Origin: an uncultured Nitrososphaerota archaeon
GTDB lineage: Archaea; Thermoproteota; EX4484-205; JAAOZO01
Length of the DNA stretch: 11,504 nt
Assembly (NCBI GenBank): GCA_964408285.1
Contig: CAYOYV010000023.1
Location: 1-11,504, forward strand
Direction of reading: 5' to 3'
A program made the translations under genes and the position numbers. The notes below the pieces were generated by a model. It was not told the origin of the DNA, made no database searches, and saw nothing but the letters and a program-made list of their open reading frames with translations. Below, one piece after another: positions 6,370-11,504 of this stretch. Each line of letters begins with the position of its first letter. Position 1 is the stretch's first letter.

Positions 6370-7608
6370 ATGATCTCTACTCTCGATCGTGGGATCCTAC
6401 GCAACCTTGCGGAGCGCGTGGCTGAGATTGCAGCGCTTCCGATCCAAGCAGAGCGTCGTGAACTCTGGAAAATGCACAATAGCCTCCTGTCGACGCTACC
6501 ATTAATGCTGGTCTTTCCGGAGGGATCATGGCAGGAGTTGCTGTCCGAGAAGAGCTTGCTGTGTGAAGGAGAAGAGGCCCGTCGCATCGAGTCAACGTTG
6601 CGCAGCCGGATCTATTATCACGAGCACTTCCAGGACGACACTGTAATCGAACGGGAGTGGGTGGTCCAAAAGATTATTCATGACTCTGGCTGGGGGCTCG
6701 AAGCTCGAAGGATTCCCAGTCCAACTCCGCGAGGTGCTTGGAATTTCGATCCAGTGATGAAGGATACCTCTGACCTGAAGAAGCTGCGCTTCCCCAAGAT
6801 CGTCTATGACAAAGAGGAGACCGAGGACAGGTTGGCGCAAGCAGAGGACCTGTTCGGCGACATCCTTGATGTTAAGGTGAAGGGAGTGACACACATCTCC
6901 TATCATTTGATGAGTCAATACACCAGCTGGCGCGGATTGAAGCAGATGATGACTGACATACACCTACAGCCTCAGATGCTTCACGATGCCATGGCGTTCT
7001 TGGAGGAAGGCCACCACGGAATCCTGCAACAATACATCGACCAGAACTTGCTCTCGCTTAACAACGATAGCACGTACCAAAGCTCAGGAGGCAATGGCTA
7101 TACGGATGAATTGCCTAAGCCAGGCTTTGAGCCAAATGGCATTCGTCCGTGTGACATGTGGGCAAGCGCGGAATCTCAGGAGATGGCACAGGTGGGACCG
7201 AGACAGCATGCGGAATTCGCCTTGCAGTATGAGAAACGACTCCTAAAGCCGTTCGGACTAAGTGGTTATGGTTGCTGCGAGGACCTGACACGTAAACTCG
7301 ATGATGTGCTCACTATTCCGAATATTCGCCGCATCTCTATCTCTCCGTTTGCAGATGTCAGGAAGTGTGCGGAGAAGCTTCAGGGAGACTACATCTTCTC
7401 ATGGAAGCCACATCCAGCGCACCTGGTCGGACAATTCGATGAAGGAGCGATCCGGGAATACATCCGGGATACAATTGAGACAACGCAGAAACATGGCTGC
7501 GTGCTTGAGATAATTCTGAAGGATACGCACACATGCGAACACCATCCTGAGCGATTCGATCGCTGGACACAAATCGCCAGAGAGGAGGTAAACCGAATCC
7601 GTGGATAG
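6370..7608 (+). CDS. Conserved uncharacterised URO-D/cobalamin-independent methionine synthase superfamily protein (YGCCE type)
   Basis: 412 aa with LRNLAERVAEIA...ERRELWKMHN at the N-terminus. It also has DLKKLRFP, SWRGLKQMMTDIHLQPQMLH, ESQEMAQVGPRQHAEFALQYEKRL, YGCCEDL (7267-7281), IRRISISPFAD, FSWKPHP and EIILKDTHTC. The pattern matches URO-D-like TIM barrels. Confidence 0.72.
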   Translation: MISTLDRGILRNLAERVAEIAALPIQAERRELWKMHNSLLSTLPLMLVFPEGSWQELLSEKSLLCEGEEARRIESTLRSRIYYHEHFQDDTVIEREWVVQKIIHDSGWGLEARRIPSPTPRGAWNFDPVMKDTSDLKKLRFPKIVYDKEETEDRLAQAEDLFGDILDVKVKGVTHISYHLMSQYTSWRGLKQMMTDIHLQPQMLHDAMAFLEEGHHGILQQYIDQNLLSLNNDSTYQSSGGNGYTDELPKPGFEPNGIRPCDMWASAESQEMAQVGPRQHAEFALQYEKRLLKPFGLSGYGCCEDLTRKLDDVLTIPNIRRISISPFADVRKCAEKLQGDYIFSWKPHPAHLVGQFDEGAIREYIRDTIETTQKHGCVLEIILKDTHTCEHHPERFDRWTQIAREEVNRIRG

Positions 7609-7698
7609 CGTGCATGAAATGCACGTCTCCGCTAAGTGGAATGGCTGTCGATCAGGCACTAATTCTTGGACAAATCCATCCTCATTCTGACGTGATTG

Positions 7699-7705
7699 TT
7701 ATATT
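7699..7705 (+). promoter_or_regulatory. Putative TATA box TTATATT
   Basis: It lies 24-30 nt upstream of ATG 7729, which argues for that start rather than TTG 7696. Confidence 0.5.
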
Positions 7706-7728
7706 CGAATGGGTATGATGCTGTCACA

Positions 7729-8184
7729 ATGTCAAGGGAACCTGGGAGAAACAGGGAAAGATTTCCTATGATTGTCGAGAAGTTCCGTCAGAAGGGAGCC
7801 ATAAGTCCTGACAAGGCTATGACCCAGGAGGAACTTGGACTTCCACCCAGATTCAGGTACCTTATGGTTGGGCATCTGGGCCAGCTGGGCGTCTTGTTGG
7901 AGCAGAATGGGGAATATTACCTGTCAGAGGAGCGATTGGCGCAACTTGAGCAACAAAGATCCGTATGGGGAACAGCCAGGCAATCACGGAGGACTCTCTT
8001 GACATTGGGCATATTGAGAATGATTATCGTGATACTGCTCGTCTCTCTATTGCTGGTGAACACGCTCGTTCAATCCTTCGAAATGAAAGTCGTATCCTCC
8101 ATCTTACTCATCGCCTTGCTGGGAATATCGGTTCTGCAGCTGTACTATCTGACCAAGGCGCGCGCCTTACTAGTAGGTTCCTAA
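7729..8184 (+). CDS. Hypothetical membrane protein with a putative N-terminal winged-helix-like domain and two C-terminal TM helices
   Basis: ORF 7696..8184, with ATG 7729 preferred (151 aa). The soluble segment IVEKFRQKGAISPDKAMTQEELGL...LGQLGVLLEQNGEYYLSEERL is followed by two hydrophobic stretches (LGILRMIIVILLVSLLLVNTLV; VVSSILLIALLGISVLQLYYL). Confidence 0.75.
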   Translation: MSREPGRNRERFPMIVEKFRQKGAISPDKAMTQEELGLPPRFRYLMVGHLGQLGVLLEQNGEYYLSEERLAQLEQQRSVWGTARQSRRTLLTLGILRMIIVILLVSLLLVNTLVQSFEMKVVSSILLIALLGISVLQLYYLTKARALLVGS

Positions 8185-8414
8185 TACGTGTCCGAACACA
8201 TCCAGCATATTGAGGCAATGATCAGTGAATTGCCTATCTTCAAGGGCGCATGCAGAGCAGCAGAACTCCTACGCAATCAAGATAATTGGACTGGAACCTT
8301 CTCGATCAGGCGATTTCCATATTCATTGCTAACATGGAGGCAGGTGAAGAGAATAATAGAAAGCCATAAGGACCGGTAATCCTCATATAGGCAAGTCAAC
8401 CTTAGGCATAGCTG

Positions 8415-9281
8415 ATGGGATACCCGCCCCGGAAATGGAGCGCGCCTCGAAAAATCGGGAGCAGAAAGGAGAGTGGTAGGGCCAAATCCAAACGAAAGAA
8501 GGGTCGATCGGGTGAGGCCCAGATATCGAAGGAAAGGGAAGGCCCAACATCCCAGGAAGTCGCCAAAAAAGCTCTGAATACATTAAATACTCTGGGAAGT
8601 CAGAAATTCGCCCTTCCCCCCTTCAGTGACTACTTCGATCGCTGGCTGATGAATCTCAGGAGCGTCATATTGGAGCTAGGGTCGAGTTCGGCCATTCAGG
8701 TGGACGACCAGTTCAAGAGCGATTGTTCAAAAATACTTGAGGATGTCCAAATGAAGCTTCGGCAAGACCGACTGAAGGAGGCTTCCAAGGGGAATGCCAT
8801 CAGGGATCTTTCGGATGAGAAGGCGGTTTTGGAGCAACTCGAGAGGGAATATGCTGTCAAGTCCAAGGAATTAAAGGCTAAGACAGATCATGAGGTCGAG
8901 AGATTGTCTGCAAAGGTCGAAGCTATCAGGAGGGAGGTTGCTCAGTTCGGTCGAATGAAGAGTGGTTTCCTGTCAAGGATTTTGAGGACTGAGAAGGCCC
9001 AGAAGGAATTGGAGGCGAGCGCAAGACTCAAGTCAGCGGAGGACGAGCTCGCAAGGGCTGTGGAGTCATTCAATATGGAGCAACGAAGGCTCAAGGATGA
9101 ATACACGAGGAGAAAAGAGCCAGTTCTAGAACGGATCAGAAATCAGGAGAAAAGGATCTTGAGCATATCGGGTGAGTCGGAAGTCGATGGCTCAATCGAA
9201 GATCGGCGATCTGCATGTGACGCACTCGCAAATGCGGTGAGTGCTCTTCTCCAAAGGAATGCTCCGTTTGACGAGAGATAG
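8415..9281 (+). CDS. Hypothetical coiled-coil protein with a Lys/Arg-rich N-terminus
   Basis: 288-aa ORF with a basic low-complexity first ~40 aa, a small helical domain (QKFALPPFSDYFDRWLMNL) and long E/K/R-rich heptad helices. A TATA-like CTCATATA (8382-8389) lies 26-33 nt upstream. Confidence 0.8.
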   Translation: MGYPPRKWSAPRKIGSRKESGRAKSKRKKGRSGEAQISKEREGPTSQEVAKKALNTLNTLGSQKFALPPFSDYFDRWLMNLRSVILELGSSSAIQVDDQFKSDCSKILEDVQMKLRQDRLKEASKGNAIRDLSDEKAVLEQLEREYAVKSKELKAKTDHEVERLSAKVEAIRREVAQFGRMKSGFLSRILRTEKAQKELEASARLKSAEDELARAVESFNMEQRRLKDEYTRRKEPVLERIRNQEKRILSISGESEVDGSIEDRRSACDALANAVSALLQRNAPFDER

Positions 9282-9384
9282 GGACCTCAGAGTTTGTCTG
9301 GCGTTTCCTATTGGCCGGGGAGCCACTGATTTGAGGTGCACTAAGTTCAGACTCGGAATCTCACAGTCACTATTGATGGGATCC

Positions 9385-11205
9385 TCATTGCGGCGGCGGA
9401 GGGGGAGGAAGCGACTCTCCTCTCGGCCTTTGTCTCCTGAGAAGGAGTACCAAGACTAGCCCCACCACGATAATACCTCCTATGCCACCCAATAGAATCA
9501 AGTTCGGCTCACTCCTCCATGTGGCCGAAAGCGAGATCGGCTGACTGACCACAAATGTATAGAGGGAGGAGGTCGAGATGACCTTTCCGTCCGCCTTCCA
9601 GCCTTCGAATACCGTATTGGTGAAGAATCCCTCAATTACCGTCGGTGCCACTGATACCGAGGCACTAGTTCCTGAGGAATACCAACCGTCTCCGGAAGCC
9701 TTGCCGAACTCGCTGGAGACTTTCACCTGATGCTCAGTTGTCCAACGTGCCACCAGAGTCGTTGGCTCCTTTGCGGCGAACAGGATTTCTGTCAGACCGC
9801 TCAATAGTGCTCCTGCCTGATACCATCCTAAGAACTGGTGTCTGGTCCCGTTCCCGTATTCGATCATCTTGTTTGCTGTGAGAGTATGCGTTGACCCCCT
9901 AGTCCAGCTGAATGCCATCGGCAGTTCGGACGCAGCATACGTGAGACCATCGACCATGACCTTCCCTGCCGGGCTTGATATTGTGACCTTAACTGGTCCC
10001 GTTGCAAACGCCATCGCCTGTCCCCAGCCGGTCGTGTAAAGCATACCGTTGGAGACGATGGGCTGGGCAGACGCGAATCCTACTTCGTATTGCCATAATT
10101 CTTGTCCCCTATCGCCAGAAAGTGCAAATAGCTTCATTTCGTGAAAACTGGCAACGTAGACGATTCCGTTCGCTATCGTGGGGGCGCTTAGCATACTGCC
10201 GTCACGTTCAAATCGCCAGAGCAAGGTCCCTTTGGCGGAGTCGAACGCTAGTACTTTCCCATTGTATTTGATAGGGGGCTTCGTGGTCATGTTCATGACT
10301 GCGGCGTAGAGGATTCCATTTGCTTCGGCCATGAATCCAGAACCCTTCGATACTGGATAGAAATTCTTATCAATCGTTGCCTTCCATTTCTGCGTTCCGT
10401 CGATTGTGGAAAGCGCCCATACTACTCTGGCATCGCCCTCTTTGGACGAGACAAAGACCGTCTGTCCTGACACAAGCGCCGGACAGTAGGAATAGGTTTG
10501 GACAGTCCCAATGGGTTTGTTCCACTTGAATTCTCCGTTCGTCTTGTCAAAGGCCATTAGTGAATTTGTAGCGAGATCTGAGATAAACAGCAGCCCTCCG
10601 TAGAATGCAGGATCTGAGTAAATCCCCTCACGCTTCCATTTTATGGTCCTAGTCACAGGATCGATTACGTACAATGTCACACCAGCTCTGCAGTAGAGGA
10701 GGCCGTCAACAACAATGGGAGCAGACATGAACATGTCCCCGACATCGAGGCTCCAAATGAGAACGCCTGTGTTTGCGTCTAGAGCCTCTAACATTCTCGT
10801 CGATTGTGCCCCCACATAGACTCTGCCTTGGTAATACGCAGGCGAACAGCCCATTGTTCCTCCACTGCCTGCTATCTCGTGGGACCACAACTGCCTGCCA
10901 CTTGCGGCATCCAAGCACACTGCTCGACATGGTCTATCGTCAGCGTCAACAGCGGCGAACAACTTGCCATCCCCTACCGTGAAGGCACTGATGAGGGTGC
11001 GTGAGACATTCGCGCTCCATTTCAGAACCAGAGGCGGCTCCAGCACTTTTTCGAACTCAGCGAAATTCCTCCTTCCCGGATCTCTGCCTCCGAATGGCCA
11101 ATCTTGGTCGGGACCAGCTCCGGTGGAGAAATAAGGAAGCAAGTGCAAGAAAAATATAAAACATATGAGGATTCCCAATGCATGAATACTAGCTTTGGAT
11201 CTCAT
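9385..11205 (-). CDS. Cell-surface PQQ-binding-like (BamB-like) beta-propeller repeat protein with C-terminal beta-sandwich repeats and a membrane anchor
   Basis: ORF 9385..11220, with ATG 11205 preferred (606 aa). It starts with a signal-like hydrophobic N-terminus and DWPFGGRDPGRRN. Repeated blades follow (CLDAASGRQLW, ALDANTGVLIW, AFDKTNGEFKW, ALSTIDGTQKW, AFDSAKGTLLW, ALSGDRGQELW). Two InlB-B-repeat-like units (FLGWY...VARW; GDGWY...FEGW...ATW) precede a TM helix (LILLGGIGGIIVVGLVLVLLL) and the tail RRQRPRGESLPPPPPPQ. Confidence 0.9.
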   Translation of the reverse strand: MRSKASIHALGILICFIFFLHLLPYFSTGAGPDQDWPFGGRDPGRRNFAEFEKVLEPPLVLKWSANVSRTLISAFTVGDGKLFAAVDADDRPCRAVCLDAASGRQLWSHEIAGSGGTMGCSPAYYQGRVYVGAQSTRMLEALDANTGVLIWSLDVGDMFMSAPIVVDGLLYCRAGVTLYVIDPVTRTIKWKREGIYSDPAFYGGLLFISDLATNSLMAFDKTNGEFKWNKPIGTVQTYSYCPALVSGQTVFVSSKEGDARVVWALSTIDGTQKWKATIDKNFYPVSKGSGFMAEANGILYAAVMNMTTKPPIKYNGKVLAFDSAKGTLLWRFERDGSMLSAPTIANGIVYVASFHEMKLFALSGDRGQELWQYEVGFASAQPIVSNGMLYTTGWGQAMAFATGPVKVTISSPAGKVMVDGLTYAASELPMAFSWTRGSTHTLTANKMIEYGNGTRHQFLGWYQAGALLSGLTEILFAAKEPTTLVARWTTEHQVKVSSEFGKASGDGWYSSGTSASVSVAPTVIEGFFTNTVFEGWKADGKVISTSSLYTFVVSQPISLSATWRSEPNLILLGGIGGIIVVGLVLVLLLRRQRPRGESLPPPPPPQ

Positions 11206-11228
11206 CTCATATTCCGGCATCCCCGGGA

Positions 11229-11239
11229 ATTTAAGGCTT
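11229..11239 (-). promoter_or_regulatory. Putative BRE/TATA (AAGC CTTAAAT) for the beta-propeller gene
   Basis: CTTAAAT at 11235..11229 is 24-30 nt upstream of ATG 11205 and too close to ATG 11220 for that to be the start. Confidence 0.5.
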
Positions 11240-11352
11240 GACGGAGGTCAGCTCTCCTTCTTCTAGTACGAATCCGTCTGATTCATCATCACCAAGCGTG
11301 CGTGCCTGATTGCGGAAGGCGGATTCCTCCGTAGACTCCGTAAGGCGCCGGT

Positions 11353-11504
11353 CTATCCACGCGCCGAGTGTTTCGATTTCAACGCTTCTGCTAGAATCTT
11401 CGGTTGAGCTTTCGCAATACTTACTTGAGATACCTCGTGAAGGCTGAGAAATCTCTCCAAGGCGACCGCAAGCTCGATGATCAGATTCTTGTCAACATTC
11501 CTTT
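11353..11504 (-). CDS. 3' end of a CDS entering from the right edge, possibly the C-terminus of a YcaQ/AlkZ-like winged-helix protein
   Basis: Hand translation gives ...RNVDKNLIIELAVALERFLSLHEVSQVSIAKAQPKILAEALKSKHSARG* (TAG 11355..11353). The amphipathic pattern resembles YcaQ-family C-termini from memory, but only 49 aa are visible, so the identity is weak. Confidence 0.4.
   Translation of the reverse strand, partial: RNVDKNLIIELAVALERFLSLHEVSQVSIAKAQPKILAEALKSKHSARG

Noticed and set aside
2045-7659. Minus-strand and off-frame short ORFs overlapping the GH36-like, S9 and YGCCE genes
   Set aside because: They overlap longer motif-bearing CDSs and have uninformative, non-protein-like composition.
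8188-8379. 63-aa GTG ORF filling the gap between the TM protein and the coiled-coil gene
   Set aside because: It fits the gap, but has no recognisable motif or clear RBS. It could be a small gene or a remnant, which sequence alone cannot establish.
9284-9337. Possible hairpin (ACCTCAGA/TTTGAGGT) between the convergent genes
   Set aside because: The 8-bp stem includes a G-U pair, has an irregular interior and has no U-tract, so it is too weak to call a terminator or ncRNA.
11327-11343. Tandem CTCCGTA x2 in the last intergenic region
   Set aside because: Two 7-bp copies only, with no CRISPR-like periodicity or structured-RNA evidence.

Overview
Gene-dense window of mid-range GC that looks archaeal. 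Most genes have a TATA-like box about 24-33 nt upstream of the start codon, consistent with leaderless or short-leader mRNAs. The gene repertoire resembles Bathyarchaeia, which is an inference. The left 7.6 kb is a loose organic-matter catabolism cluster: a Thermotoga AglA-type NAD+-dependent GH4 glycosidase (partial, absent from the ORF track), a URO-D/MtaA-superfamily protein, a divergently transcribed and highly diverged clan GH-D (GH36-like) TIM-barrel protein, an S9 serine peptidase, and a second, different URO-D-superfamily protein (YGCCE type). The right part encodes a small putative wHTH + 2-TM protein, a basic coiled-coil protein, a membrane-anchored PQQ-like beta-propeller surface protein with a poly-Pro tail, and the 3' end of another gene. 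No RNA genes, CRISPR arrays or mobile elements were seen. The best leads are the non-canonical GH36-like active site and the linkage of glycosidases with two URO-D-fold enzymes, possibly a pathway for O-methylated or otherwise modified sugars.
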